A stretch of DNA of 64,000 nucleotides, from assembly GCA_963812015.1 (NCBI GenBank), contig CAWETI010000003.1, positions 160,001 through 224,000 of the forward strand. The letters run 5' to 3'. This document shows positions 27,372-38,070 of this stretch, one piece after another. This DNA is from an uncultured delta proteobacterium. GTDB taxonomy: Bacteria; Desulfobacterota; Desulfobaccia; Desulfobaccales; 0-14-0-80-60-11. Made by a program: the position numbers and the translations under genes. The notes beneath the pieces were generated by a model. That model was not told the origin of the DNA, made no database searches, and saw only the letters and a list, made by a program, of their open reading frames with translations. The number at the start of each line of letters is the position of its first letter. Position 1 is the stretch's first letter.

Positions 27372-27675
27372 TTTATAGGTAGTATCCCTGTTGAACCACC
27401 TCATCATTTAAATTAATCCGCCAAAACCGCAATTTCTTTTAACGTCCAAACATGACCGGAAACCCCCCCCTCCATCGCCAGGGTCACTCTCAGTATCTGA
27501 ATGGATTCTGCCAAAATTATAATAGATGGATACAGGGATACGGTCTGCGCCAAGATATAACTTACAGTAATATATAAATATTATCCTCTATTTCTTCCTC
27601 CTTGCCCCCACCTGGCTTTTCAGGTTAATATGACGTTGAGGTTATTTCAACCAGGGGGGAAGCAAGGCGCGATCC

Positions 27676-30600
27676 ATGGCCCTTATAGAAAGCTCGGAAT
27701 TCGTCCACCTCCATGTCCACACCGCCTACAGCCTGCTGGACGGGGCCATCCGGGTCAAGGATCTCCTGGCCCAGGCCCAGGCCTTCGGCATGCCCGCGGT
27801 GGCCATGACCGATCACGGCTCCCTCTTTGGAATCCTGGATTTCTACCAGAAGGCCAAGGCCGTGGGGATCAAGCCCCTCCTGGGATGCGAGCTCTACGTC
27901 GCCCCCGGTTCCCGGCAGGAAAAGACCGGCAAGGGGGACAACCGCCACCTGGTGGTCCTGGCGGAAAACCTGGAGGGCTACCACAATCTCATCCGGCTGG
28001 TCACCCGGGCCCATCAGGAAGGCTTCTATTACCGCCCCCGGGTGGACAAGGAGCTGCTCCAGGAGCTGAACGGGGGTCTCATCGCCCTGTCCTCCTGCCT
28101 CCACGGGGTGGTGGCCCCGGAGCTCCTCAACGACGACCCCGGGGCCGCGGAAGCCAGCGCCCGGGAGTACGCCGAGATCTTCCCGGGGCGGTTCTACCTG
28201 GAGGTCCAGGCCAACAATCTGCCGGAGCAGCTCAAGGTCAACGCGGCCTTGCTTGAACTCGGCCCCCGGTGGCATCTTCCCGTGGTGGCCACCAACGACG
28301 TGCACTACTTGAAGCCGGAAGACGCCCGGGCCCACGACGTCCTCCTGTGCATCCAGACCGGCAAGACCGTCAACACCTCGGGACGCATGAAGTTTCAAAC
28401 GGACCAGCTCTACTTCAAGAGCCCTGAGGAGATGGCCCGGCTCTTCCCCTATCCCGAGGTCTTGGCGGCCTCGGGGGAGATTGCGGCCCGTTGCGATGTC
28501 AATTTGGAGCTGGGCACCTATCATTTCCCGGTCTACCCCGCCGCCGCCGGGGACAGCATGGAGGCCCTCATGACCCGGCAGGCCCGGGCCGGCCTGAAGG
28601 AGCGCCTGGCGGCCCCCTTAACCCATCCCCGGCCCCCGGAGGCCGACTACTGGCAGCGCCTGGAATACGAGACCGACATCCTGGTGAAGATGGGGTTTGC
28701 TGGTTACTTCCTGGTGGTGGCCGACATCATCGATTTTGCCCGGAAGCATCAGATTCCGGTGGGGCCCGGCCGGGGCTCCGCGGCCGGCAGTCTGGTGGCC
28801 TATGCCCTGAGGATCACCGACCTGGACCCCCTGGCCTACGGCCTCTTTTTCGAACGCTTCCTCAACCCCGAGAGAGTCAGCCCCCCTGACATCGACGTGG
28901 ACTTCTGCTACGAGCGCCGGGGGGAGATCATCGAATACGTGTCCAAGACCTACGGCTGGCCCAACGTGGCCCACATCACCACCTTCGGGAGCATGAAGAC
29001 CCGCCAGGTGATCCGGGACGTGGGCCGGGCCCTGGAAGTGCCGTACCCGGAAGTGGACAAGATCGCCAAGCTGGTGCCGGAAAAGCTCAACATCACCCTG
29101 GAGCAGTCCCTGGCCATGGAGCCGCGCCTGCGGGAACTCCGGGACACCAACCCCACGGTGGCCGACGTCCTCTCCGTGGCCGCAGTCCTGGAGGGCCTCC
29201 CCCGCCACGCCTCCACCCACGCCTCGGCGGTGGTCATCGCCGACCGGCCCCTCATCGACTACCTGCCCCTCTACAAGGGCAGCAAGGGGGAGCAGGTCAC
29301 CCAGTTCGACATGAAGGGGGTGGAGAAGGTAGGCCTGGTGAAGTTCGATTTCCTGGGCCTGCGCACCCTGACGGTGATCGACCAGGCGGTACGCCTGATT
29401 CGCCGGAATCATGTTCCCGACTTCGACATCCACACCATTCCCCTGGATGACCCGGCCACCTTTGCCCTCCTCCAGGCGGCCAACACCGCGGGGGTGTTTC
29501 AGTTGGAGAGTCCGGGCATGCGCTCCCTCATGGTGCGCCTCAAGTCCTCGGTTTTCGAAGATATCATCGCCCTGGTGGCCCTCTATCGCCCGGGGCCCAT
29601 GGAGAGCGGCATGCACGATGACTATGTGCGCCGCAAGCATGGCGAAAGCAAAGTGGAATACCCCCTGCCCCAACTGGAAACCATCCTCAAAGAGACCTAT
29701 GGGGTCATCCTCTACCAGGAACAGGTGATGCAGATCGCCGCGGTGGTGTCCGGCTTTTCCCTGGCGGAAGCCGATCTTCTTCGTCGGGCCATGGGCAAAA
29801 AGGACCCGGCGGTGATGGCAGCCCAGCGGGACCGGTTTATTTCCGGGGCCGCGGCCAACAACGTGCCCAAGGCCAAGGCGGCCGAGCTCTTTACCCTGAT
29901 TGAAAAGTTTGCGGGCTACGGCTTTAACAAATCTCACAGCGCCGCCTACGCCCTGGTGGCCTATCAGACCGCCTATCTCAAGGCCCATTACCCCTTGGAG
30001 TTTCTGGCGGCGTTGCTTAACAGCGAAATCAACAATACCGTCGCCCTGGCCAGACACATCATGGAGGCTCGGGATCAGGGCATCGAGCTTTTGCCCCCGG
30101 ACATCAACCGCGGCGACCGGGATTTCACCGTGGAGGACGGTAAGGTCCGGTATGGGCTGGCCGGGGTGAAGAATGTTGGGGTGGGGGCCATTCACGCCAT
30201 CCTGGACGCCCGGCGCACTGGCCGCTTCGAAAGTTTCCGGGACGTCCTGGAACGCATTAACCTGGGCAAGGTGAACCGCAAGGTCCTGGAAGCCCTCATC
30301 CAGGCTGGGGCGTTTGACAGCCTCCAGCCGCGGCGGTCCCGGCTCATGGCGGGGCTGGAAGGGGCCCTGGAAAAGGTCAACCACCAGAAGCGCCTCCAGG
30401 CCGCCAAGCAGATGTCCATGTTCGGGGGCCTTATGGAACCCCAGGAGGACGACTGGCTGCCGGAGGCCCAGCCGTGGGACAAATCCATCAAACTGGCCCG
30501 GGAAAAGGAGGCCCTGGGGGTTTATCTCACCGGCCACCCCCTGGATGCCTACCGGGCCCTGCTAAAGGCCCATTTCAGGGTTACCACGGCCGACCTGGCC

Positions 30601-31110
30601 GAGGCGCCCGACTCCCAGGAGGTGACCCTGGGGGTGGTGGTCACCGCTCTCAAGGAAAAGGTGAGCAAAAGAGGGGGGCGGCTGGCCATCCTCACGGTGG
30701 AGGACCTGGCCGGCAGCGTGGAAGTGCTGGTGTTCACCGAAGTCTATGAGCGGGTGGCCGCTCTGCTCCAGCAGCCCAGCCTGCCCCTGTGGCTCAAGGG
30801 GCACGTGGTCCAGGAAGAAAAGGGCCCCAAACTGGTGGCCCAGGAGATTGCCCCCCTGGAGACCGCCTTGCCGCGCCTGCCGGAGCGGCTGGACCTGCGT
30901 CTCCAGGCCGCCAGTCTGACCCGGGAGCAACTCCTGGAATTGAAAGAGATTCTGAGCCGGCATGCCGGCCCCGTTCCCGCCTTCCTTAACTTTCTCCACC
31001 CCCGGGAAGAGGCGACCCTGGCCCTCCCCAAAGAACTGGCCCTGACCCCGTCCCCCCAGTTGATCTCAGAAGTCAATCGGCTCTTCGGATACCCGGCCCT
31101 GAGCCTGTGA
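27676..31110 (+). CDS. dnaE: DNA polymerase III subunit alpha
   Basis: HLHVHTAYSLLDG PHP domain, GPGRGSAAGSL, FERFLNPERVSPPDIDVDF, KFDFLGL, YGFNKSHSAAY. Confidence 0.98.
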   Translation: MALIESSEFVHLHVHTAYSLLDGAIRVKDLLAQAQAFGMPAVAMTDHGSLFGILDFYQKAKAVGIKPLLGCELYVAPGSRQEKTGKGDNRHLVVLAENLEGYHNLIRLVTRAHQEGFYYRPRVDKELLQELNGGLIALSSCLHGVVAPELLNDDPGAAEASAREYAEIFPGRFYLEVQANNLPEQLKVNAALLELGPRWHLPVVATNDVHYLKPEDARAHDVLLCIQTGKTVNTSGRMKFQTDQLYFKSPEEMARLFPYPEVLAASGEIAARCDVNLELGTYHFPVYPAAAGDSMEALMTRQARAGLKERLAAPLTHPRPPEADYWQRLEYETDILVKMGFAGYFLVVADIIDFARKHQIPVGPGRGSAAGSLVAYALRITDLDPLAYGLFFERFLNPERVSPPDIDVDFCYERRGEIIEYVSKTYGWPNVAHITTFGSMKTRQVIRDVGRALEVPYPEVDKIAKLVPEKLNITLEQSLAMEPRLRELRDTNPTVADVLSVAAVLEGLPRHASTHASAVVIADRPLIDYLPLYKGSKGEQVTQFDMKGVEKVGLVKFDFLGLRTLTVIDQAVRLIRRNHVPDFDIHTIPLDDPATFALLQAANTAGVFQLESPGMRSLMVRLKSSVFEDIIALVALYRPGPMESGMHDDYVRRKHGESKVEYPLPQLETILKETYGVILYQEQVMQIAAVVSGFSLAEADLLRRAMGKKDPAVMAAQRDRFISGAAANNVPKAKAAELFTLIEKFAGYGFNKSHSAAYALVAYQTAYLKAHYPLEFLAALLNSEINNTVALARHIMEARDQGIELLPPDINRGDRDFTVEDGKVRYGLAGVKNVGVGAIHAILDARRTGRFESFRDVLERINLGKVNRKVLEALIQAGAFDSLQPRRSRLMAGLEGALEKVNHQKRLQAAKQMSMFGGLMEPQEDDWLPEAQPWDKSIKLAREKEALGVYLTGHPLDAYRALLKAHFRVTTADLAEAPDSQEVTLGVVVTALKEKVSKRGGRLAILTVEDLAGSVEVLVFTEVYERVAALLQQPSLPLWLKGHVVQEEKGPKLVAQEIAPLETALPRLPERLDLRLQAASLTREQLLELKEILSRHAGPVPAFLNFLHPREEATLALPKELALTPSPQLISEVNRLFGYPALSL

Positions 31111-31209
31111 TCTCCGGTCCGGCAGGCGCGGCTGCCTCCCCGGCGGCCGGGCCGGTCCTTAATCCTCAGGGCTGGGGCTGGGGAGCCTTCCCATTAAGGA
31201 TGTCAGATC

Positions 31210-31998
31210 ATGTTCATGCTGAAAAAAATTGTGGCCCTCTTTTTTTACCCGCTGTCTCTAGGCCTGGAGATCCTGATCCTGGGGTTGTTCTGCCTCTGGG
31301 CCACCAGAAGAGCCCGGTTGGGAAAGGCCCTGGTGACCCTGGGGACTGTGCTCCTGCTCCTGTCGAGTTTGCCTTTCCTCTCTTCAAGGTTGTTGATCCC
31401 CCTGGAACGCCGCTATCCGGCTCTCTTACATCCTGAACAGGTCTTCAGGGAAAATCAAACCAGTGAGACTTCTCCCAGGTGGATTGTGGTGCTGGGGGGC
31501 GGGCACGTGTCGAACCCCAGCCGGCCGCCTAACAGTCAAATCAGCGGGGCAACTCTCAGTCGCGTGGTTGAAGGGGTGCGACTGCACAAGGCCATTCCGG
31601 GCAGCAAGCTGTTGTTATCCGGCGGGAGAGTCTTCGATCCCGTGCCGGAAGCCGAGGTGATGGCGCAGACTGCCGTGCTCCTGGGGGTAAAGCCTCAGGA
31701 TATCATGCTGGAGGCAGACTCCCGGGATACCGCGGCGGAAGCCGAAATTATCGCCAAAATGTTGGGCCGGGAAAAATTTATTCTGGTGACCTCTGCCGCC
31801 CATATGCCCCGGTCCCTGGCCTTGTTCAACCGACGCGGCCTGAACCCAATTCCGGCCCCCACCGATTATCTGGCCCGGGAAGGGCCGACCTCTGGCCTGG
31901 GCAGTTATTTGCCCGGAATCGGCTCCCTGGGGTGGACTCAAACCGCGGTGCATGAGTACCTAGGTCTGGCCTGGTCCTGGTTGCGTGGGGAGATCTAA
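31210..31998 (+). CDS. YdcF/ElyC (DUF218) family envelope protein
   Basis: IVVLGGG, LLLSGG, SRDT, LVTSAAHMPRS, HEYLG. Confidence 0.88.
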   Translation: MFMLKKIVALFFYPLSLGLEILILGLFCLWATRRARLGKALVTLGTVLLLLSSLPFLSSRLLIPLERRYPALLHPEQVFRENQTSETSPRWIVVLGGGHVSNPSRPPNSQISGATLSRVVEGVRLHKAIPGSKLLLSGGRVFDPVPEAEVMAQTAVLLGVKPQDIMLEADSRDTAAEAEIIAKMLGREKFILVTSAAHMPRSLALFNRRGLNPIPAPTDYLAREGPTSGLGSYLPGIGSLGWTQTAVHEYLGLAWSWLRGEI

Positions 31999-32344
31999 AG
32001 GGGGCAGGGCCGGAAAAGACCAATGGGGGAAGACCACCCCTCTTAGCAGGGTTGATGCGGGATTTTGGTGGGGATTGGCCGCCGCAGGGAGCTTTGGGGT
32101 CCTCTTAAGCTTAGGGACAAAGGGCAAAGTAATTTGAGATTTGATCAAAGGTGGATAAAAAAATAATTAAAATGTTGAATTAAATTAAAATTAGATGTAA
32201 TGGTGAAATCAGTTGGTAAAAAAAGTCTTGCCGGACCTTTATGCTAACTCTGAGAAAACATTCCAAGGAGGGAATGTTGATGAAAAATTTTGGCCGATGG
32301 AACGTTAAAAGCCAAATCCGGCACCGGTAAACGAGGATTCTCGT

Positions 32345-33919
32345 ATGCGTGGGAATCCTCGTTTGCTTTGGGGGACGCCCTCCCCGCGGCTGACTGTGGT
32401 GGCGCCGGGGCTCGACCCGGCAAAACCGGCTCACCGCCGGGAGGCCCAGGTTTTCTCCCTGATGGCCTTGATGTTGGGATTGGCCTACCTGATCTGGCTT
32501 GGCCGGCTGGTGTTCGCCAGTCGGGGGTCGCCGGACATCTCTTTCTTTGTTGCCGAACTCCTGTCTTATCTTCTCCTCTGCCTCTTGAGTTACAGTACGT
32601 GGCACCCCCGGAATCACTCCGCTGAACAGCCGGTGGCCAACGTCCGTTTCTCGGTGGACATCTTTGTGCCATGCTGCGGCGAACCGGAGGAAATCATCAC
32701 GACTACTCTCCGGACCGTCGGTCAGATAACCTATCATCCCCTGGAAGTCTACGTCCTGGACGACGCGGGGTCCCCGGCGGTGGCGACCCTGGCCCAATCC
32801 TTGGGATTTCATTATCTCTCCCGCCCTCGGGAAGGTCTGCCTCACCAAAATTCCAAGAGCGGCAATCTCAATTTCGGTCTGAGTCGCAGCCACGGGGAAT
32901 TGGTTCTGGTCCTGGACGCGGACCAGGTGCCGGCTCCGGAAATCCTGGCCCGGCTGGCGCCCTTCTTTCACCAATCCCAGGTAGGCTATGTTCAGAGCAA
33001 GCAATCTTTCTTCCTGCCGGAAGGTGATCCTTTCTATAACAGCGATAAGGTATTTTACGAGACCATCCAGTTGAGTAATGATCAGGCCAACGCGGTGATC
33101 TCCTGTGGTTCCGGGGTGTTGTATCGCCGCCAGGCCCTCCAGGAGATGGGGGGATTCGCCACCTGGAACCTGTTGGAAGATTTCACTTCGTCTTATGAAT
33201 TGGCCAGCCGGGGTTGGCAGGGAGTTTACTACCCCCACGCCCTCTCCCGGGGACTGGCCCCCTCAACCCTGGCCGGGGTCTATCGCCAGCGCTTTCAATG
33301 GTGCCTGGACACCATGCGCCTTTTCTTTTGGGATAACCCCCTATTTAAATCCGGTCTCTCCTGGCCCCAGAAGACTCATTTTCTCATCATCATGTTGAGT
33401 TATCTGGCCAGCGGGGTGGTATTCCCCGTGTTTTACACCATTCCCCTCTTGGTTTACTGCCGCGGTCAATCCTGCGTCCTGGGTGATGAGCTGATCTACG
33501 GTCTCCTCCGAGGCACCTATCTTCTGGCCACTATCTTGATGTTCCGTTATCTCTTTTTCGGCAAAGAACCTCTCAGGCAGTTCAAAATGTTGTGCAGCCT
33601 GTTTCCGGTGCATGCCCTGGCCATCGTCGTGGCCTTGCTCTATCCTCCGGGTCGCAAACCCGTTTACCGGGTGAACAATCTTCGGCCTTTTGCTTCTCGG
33701 GGATCATGGTGGCATCTGGCCCCCCATGTGGGATTCATAGCCTTGCACGTGAGCCTGCCGTTGCTGGCCCTCTGGCTGGCATGGGGCCCCCCCCGGCTGA
33801 TTTTTTTCAACTCCATATTTTCCGCTTCCATTATCTGGATTTTGGGGGACCTGGTGTTGGCGGCCATGATCAGGCCTAACTGGCGCCCCGGCATGGACCC
33901 GAGGCAGGTGTATGGCTAG
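32345..33919 (+). CDS. Cellulose-synthase-like processive GT2 glycosyltransferase without PilZ domain
   Basis: VDIFVP, VLDD, KSGNLN, DADQVP, SCGS, LEDF, GLAP and QRFQW (QxxRW variant); multiple TM helices; 524 aa. Confidence 0.85.
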   Translation: MRGNPRLLWGTPSPRLTVVAPGLDPAKPAHRREAQVFSLMALMLGLAYLIWLGRLVFASRGSPDISFFVAELLSYLLLCLLSYSTWHPRNHSAEQPVANVRFSVDIFVPCCGEPEEIITTTLRTVGQITYHPLEVYVLDDAGSPAVATLAQSLGFHYLSRPREGLPHQNSKSGNLNFGLSRSHGELVLVLDADQVPAPEILARLAPFFHQSQVGYVQSKQSFFLPEGDPFYNSDKVFYETIQLSNDQANAVISCGSGVLYRRQALQEMGGFATWNLLEDFTSSYELASRGWQGVYYPHALSRGLAPSTLAGVYRQRFQWCLDTMRLFFWDNPLFKSGLSWPQKTHFLIIMLSYLASGVVFPVFYTIPLLVYCRGQSCVLGDELIYGLLRGTYLLATILMFRYLFFGKEPLRQFKMLCSLFPVHALAIVVALLYPPGRKPVYRVNNLRPFASRGSWWHLAPHVGFIALHVSLPLLALWLAWGPPRLIFFNSIFSASIIWILGDLVLAAMIRPNWRPGMDPRQVYG

Positions 33920-36900
33920 TATTTCCTATGGCTTTATTCTGATTCTGCTCATATTCCTATTCCTTCTGGGGATGATCTTCTTTATCGCCTGGAAGACTGA
34001 CAAGCTCCGCTGGTTGATCTGGATTCTGCCGTTTTTCTTCCTAGGGGCGATCTTTTCCCTTGCCTGGAGTCAGGATCATGACTTCTGGCGATCCACCCAG
34101 GCTTTATACCGAGGGGCCCAGAAGGCCGCGGCGCAAGGCGACCAGGCTCGCGCCCTGGAACTGGCCCGGAAGGCTTGGGCCCGGGACCCGAATAGTTCTG
34201 AGTATGGGGTATTCCTGGGCCGGGTTTATCTCGACGCCGGCCAGGTGAAGGCGGCCCTGGAGATTTCCCGCCAGATGATGGAACGCAACCCGGGGCCTGG
34301 CGCCTTGATCATCCATGCCCAGGCCCTGGATCGGTTGAGCCAGACCAAAGAGGGGTTGGACGCCCTGGCCTGGTACCTCCAACAACAACCCGATGAGCGA
34401 AGCATCCTGGCGACCGCGGCCGGTATTGCCGCCAGCCATGAGGAGTTTTATCCCCTGGCGGCCACGTACTATCAGCGGCTCTACCGGTTGGACCGCGACC
34501 CCCAGGTGCGCCGGGCCCTGGTGAAGCTGCTGGCGTCTCTGGATCGGTATAAAGAAGCCATTCCCCTCCAGGAAGAGGAAGTGGCAGAGTTTGCCGATGA
34601 CGGGGAGGCCCTCCATTTTCTGGCCCTGCTGCATTATTGGCAGCGAGATTACCAGGTGGCCAGTGACATCTACCAGCGCCTGCTGGAGAAGGGCGCCGAA
34701 AATTCCAGCCTGCGTTTGGAGGCGGCCAAAGCCGCGGATGCCGCCCAAGATCGCGACCGGGCCCTGAATCATTATCTCAAGCTCTATGCCCGGCATCGGG
34801 GCCAGAAGGAATACGCTCTGCCCCTGGCCCGGCTCTGGGCTCAGAAGGGCAACCATGCGGAAGCCGCCGGGGTTCTGGGCCCTCTGATGCGCCAGCAGCC
34901 CGATCCCGAGTTGCGGCGCTGGTATGCCCTGGAGCTGCTCCTCATCGGGGATTTCGACAAGGCCCAGACGGAATACCACAAAGCCTGGGAGGACGGCGAT
35001 ACCCACCAGGAGACCGTCATCAACCTGGCCCGCCTCTATGCCCGGAAGAAACGCTTTACCAAGGCCGCGGGCATGTGGGACGAAGCCGCCCGGCGGCAGC
35101 TCATCAAGGGGGAGTTGCGCTGGGAAGCGGCCGTTACCTATTCCTATGCCCACCGTTATCAGGATGCCCTGGAAATCATCGCACCCCTGCGTCAACAGAA
35201 CACCAAGGACCCAAAGTTGCTGCTTTTTTCCGGGCAACTCCAGTTCTACCAAAAGCACTGGGGGCAGGCGGCGCATTATTTTTCCACCTACCTGGAACAG
35301 AACCCGCAGGACGTGGAGGTAAGGCGGCAACTGGCCGAAGTCTTGTCTTTTGATCCTGACACCCGGGATGCGGCCTTGAGCCAATACGCCGAGGTTCTGA
35401 AAATCAAGGATGACGTCAATCTGCGTCTACGGCGCATCAGTCTTCTCCTGGAGGACCGGCGCTGGGACCAGGCGGCTCGGGAACTGCAGGAATGCCCGGC
35501 CCCGGAGGACCCCCGCCTCATCCGGGAGGAGGCCCATCTCTACCTGTGGCTGGGCGACCTGCCGGCTGCCCTGAAAAACTATGATCTCTTCTTGAAAAAA
35601 TCCCCTGGGGATCGCGACGGCCGCCTGGAAAAGGCCCGGGTCCTGACCTACCTGGGGCGGGGGGGCGACGCCCTGGAACTCCTGAACCGTCTGCGGGTGG
35701 AACAACCAAAAGACCCGGAGATGCGAGTGGCCGCCATTGAGGCCTACCTCTCCATCCGGGATTTTTCCAAGGCCCTGGCCCTGGCGCAGAAAGAGCTGGA
35801 ACCCTTACCCAACCTGACCCTGGAGGGACGGGCTTTGGTGGCCCGCTGCTACGCCCATTCGACGGAGACGGCCCATCTGAACCGGGCCGTGGATCTGCTC
35901 ATCGAAAATCTCAGGAAAAACCGCTATCACCAAGCCTCTCTCCTGATTATGGCCTCCATCTTACCCCGGCTGCCTCAGTATGAGGACCTGAACCGGGTGA
36001 TGAATCGCCTCCCGGGCATCCAGGTGGGTGGTCCAGAACATGCCGCGGCGCTGGCCTATTTTGACGGTGAGATGGGGCGGCAGGCCGGCAAACTCAATTA
36101 TCTGCTGCACGTGCTTCAGGAGTATCGGCGTCACCGGCAGCCGGACAGCCCCGGCGAACTCCTGGCCCTGGCCGGGCTGGCCATGGAGTTGGACAACCGG
36201 GCCGCCGCGGTAAGATACTACGAGCACGCCTTGAAGCTCCGGCCCCAGGATAAATCCATCGCCAAACTCCTCCTGCAATGCCAGATGGCCCAGAAGAATT
36301 TTGGCCAGGCCCTGAAGTTAATGGAGGAAGACCGGGACAATCCTGCCGCGCCCCTGGAGATGGCCCGGGTTTATCTCATGCGGCGCCAATTTGATGGCGT
36401 TAAGGCCGTGGTGGCCAAAATCCCGGCGGGTTCGCCGGATTACTCCCAGGGGCTGCTGCTTCTGGTCCGGGCCTACCGGGGGGAACAGAACTATCCGGAG
36501 ACCCTGCGCACCCTGGCCCAACTGGAGGGCAAGATTCCTCCGGCCGACTACCTCATGGAAAAGGCCAGAACGCTGGAAGCCATGGGAGATAAGGGCGCGG
36601 CGACGCTCTACCAGGAAGTCATCGCCCTGAGCCCCGAATCCCCGGTAGCCAAGGTGGCCAAGGCCCGGGAGGACCGCTCCCAGGGCAATTTCGGCGCGGC
36701 CTATAAGGATTTTGCCCAGGCCCTGCAAGACGCACCCCAGGATATTGAGTTGCTCAATGAACTGGAGGATGTCCGCCAGCAGATGCGGCCCCAGATGGCC
36801 TCCCGGGGCTTCCCCGGCTCCCGGGGGGAGCGCCGCCCCGAAGAGGCCCAACGTCCCTGGCAATTCTCCGGTATTGGCCGGGAGCCCCGGGGATTGGGCC

Positions 36901-38024
36901 TCAGCAATTATCTGCCGGCCTTTATCTCCGATGTTTTGCCCATCGTCCAACCCGAATCCCTCTTCCTCACCGACAGCAACAAGCTCTATGGCGGCATCTT
37001 CCGGATCGCCGGCGGCTTCTGGATCACCAAAGTGCTGCCGGCCCAACTGGGAGTGGAATACCGGGAATACAATCAGAATAATCAGTTTGTCAAACAGGGA
37101 ACTCTCAACTTGGGCCTGGACAAGGTGTATGAGCAGCAAACCGTGGCAGCCAGCCGCCTGCGCCGGGCCGAAGTCAACCTGGGCCTGGGGCCCCTGGCGG
37201 TGGATGACCGCCTGAGGCTCAGCGGTGAACTAATCCTGCGGCGGTATTGGAGGCGAGATGACTTTACGATTAACCAACGGGGGGAGTACACGATTCCGGG
37301 TTACTGGAATGCACTCCACACGGTCTTCATCGTGCCCCAAACCGTTACCAATGTGACCAGGAGCACGGGGTATACCACGACAGATGACCAGAACCGCCTC
37401 CTGGGCACCCTGGAGCTGGGTTTCACCCCCTGGGCCCGCACCGATGCCACCTTAAGATATAGCCGCCGGGATATCTTTGACCAGGATGCCTACCTGTTTC
37501 CCCGCCTCTACCAGTCGGTGCTCAATCTCACCGAAGCCCGCATCACCACCTATCAACAGGCGGATCTGTCGTACAACCACCAGTTCCAACCCGGGCTGGA
37601 CTGGCGGGGCAACCTCGGGGGCGCCTTCTATTCCGATCAAAACCGGCGCCTCACCCTGTATCAGGGTTTAAAATGGGAGGCCGTGGGTCAACCCCGTATG
37701 CACCTGGACTTCACCCCCCACTACTTCCTGGCCTCGTATAGCCAGCGCCACGAAGCCTATTTCAGCCCGGCGGCCTACCATGCCATCGGGGTGGGGGCGG
37801 ATTTCGACCGGCAGATCTTCCGCCTTCCTACCCTGATCCTCCAGGGAACGGTGCAGGCGGTGAGCCAGCATGGGGATTGGGGGCCGAGCCTTCAGGGCCT
37901 GGCGGCCCTGGAATGGGAGTTCGTCCAGAACTTCTATATGGACATCCATGCTTTCTATTTCCGGGAGTATGTGGATAACTATCGGCTCTTTACCGCGGGG
38001 GCGTCATTCCGCTGGCGCTTTTAA
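33912..38024 (+). CDS. Large TPR protein with putative C-terminal outer-membrane beta-barrel (BcsC/PgaA/PelB-like exporter)
   Basis: Overlaps the GT2 stop; N-terminal hydrophobic helices, about 900 aa of TPR-like repeats, aromatic-rich C-terminus with YFSP and terminal Phe (GASFRWRF). Confidence 0.75.
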   Translation: MASISYGFILILLIFLFLLGMIFFIAWKTDKLRWLIWILPFFFLGAIFSLAWSQDHDFWRSTQALYRGAQKAAAQGDQARALELARKAWARDPNSSEYGVFLGRVYLDAGQVKAALEISRQMMERNPGPGALIIHAQALDRLSQTKEGLDALAWYLQQQPDERSILATAAGIAASHEEFYPLAATYYQRLYRLDRDPQVRRALVKLLASLDRYKEAIPLQEEEVAEFADDGEALHFLALLHYWQRDYQVASDIYQRLLEKGAENSSLRLEAAKAADAAQDRDRALNHYLKLYARHRGQKEYALPLARLWAQKGNHAEAAGVLGPLMRQQPDPELRRWYALELLLIGDFDKAQTEYHKAWEDGDTHQETVINLARLYARKKRFTKAAGMWDEAARRQLIKGELRWEAAVTYSYAHRYQDALEIIAPLRQQNTKDPKLLLFSGQLQFYQKHWGQAAHYFSTYLEQNPQDVEVRRQLAEVLSFDPDTRDAALSQYAEVLKIKDDVNLRLRRISLLLEDRRWDQAARELQECPAPEDPRLIREEAHLYLWLGDLPAALKNYDLFLKKSPGDRDGRLEKARVLTYLGRGGDALELLNRLRVEQPKDPEMRVAAIEAYLSIRDFSKALALAQKELEPLPNLTLEGRALVARCYAHSTETAHLNRAVDLLIENLRKNRYHQASLLIMASILPRLPQYEDLNRVMNRLPGIQVGGPEHAAALAYFDGEMGRQAGKLNYLLHVLQEYRRHRQPDSPGELLALAGLAMELDNRAAAVRYYEHALKLRPQDKSIAKLLLQCQMAQKNFGQALKLMEEDRDNPAAPLEMARVYLMRRQFDGVKAVVAKIPAGSPDYSQGLLLLVRAYRGEQNYPETLRTLAQLEGKIPPADYLMEKARTLEAMGDKGAATLYQEVIALSPESPVAKVAKAREDRSQGNFGAAYKDFAQALQDAPQDIELLNELEDVRQQMRPQMASRGFPGSRGERRPEEAQRPWQFSGIGREPRGLGLSNYLPAFISDVLPIVQPESLFLTDSNKLYGGIFRIAGGFWITKVLPAQLGVEYREYNQNNQFVKQGTLNLGLDKVYEQQTVAASRLRRAEVNLGLGPLAVDDRLRLSGELILRRYWRRDDFTINQRGEYTIPGYWNALHTVFIVPQTVTNVTRSTGYTTTDDQNRLLGTLELGFTPWARTDATLRYSRRDIFDQDAYLFPRLYQSVLNLTEARITTYQQADLSYNHQFQPGLDWRGNLGGAFYSDQNRRLTLYQGLKWEAVGQPRMHLDFTPHYFLASYSQRHEAYFSPAAYHAIGVGADFDRQIFRLPTLILQGTVQAVSQHGDWGPSLQGLAALEWEFVQNFYMDIHAFYFREYVDNYRLFTAGASFRWRF

Positions 38025-38070
38025 GCCGTCGGCACGGTTTGTGGTGCAGTATTTCTTTGGCCAATCACCC

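Noticed and set aside
28618..30537. 639-aa antisense ORF (similarly 4083-5054, 9469-10614, 18086-19387, 24291-25457, 34104-35384, 38021-39508, 43167-44330, 49066-50109)
   Set aside because: They lie opposite well-supported genes, have no recognisable motifs, and are expected from stop-poor antisense frames in high-GC3 DNA.
27676..31110. Intein or split in dnaE
   Set aside because: Length (1144 aa) and motifs are continuous and normal, with no intein signature.
32178..32193. 16-mer AATTAAATTAAAATTA also present at 63891-63906
   Set aside because: A/T-only low-complexity sequence in AT-rich promoter regions, in opposite orientation relative to the downstream genes; chance or generic bendable DNA is sufficient.
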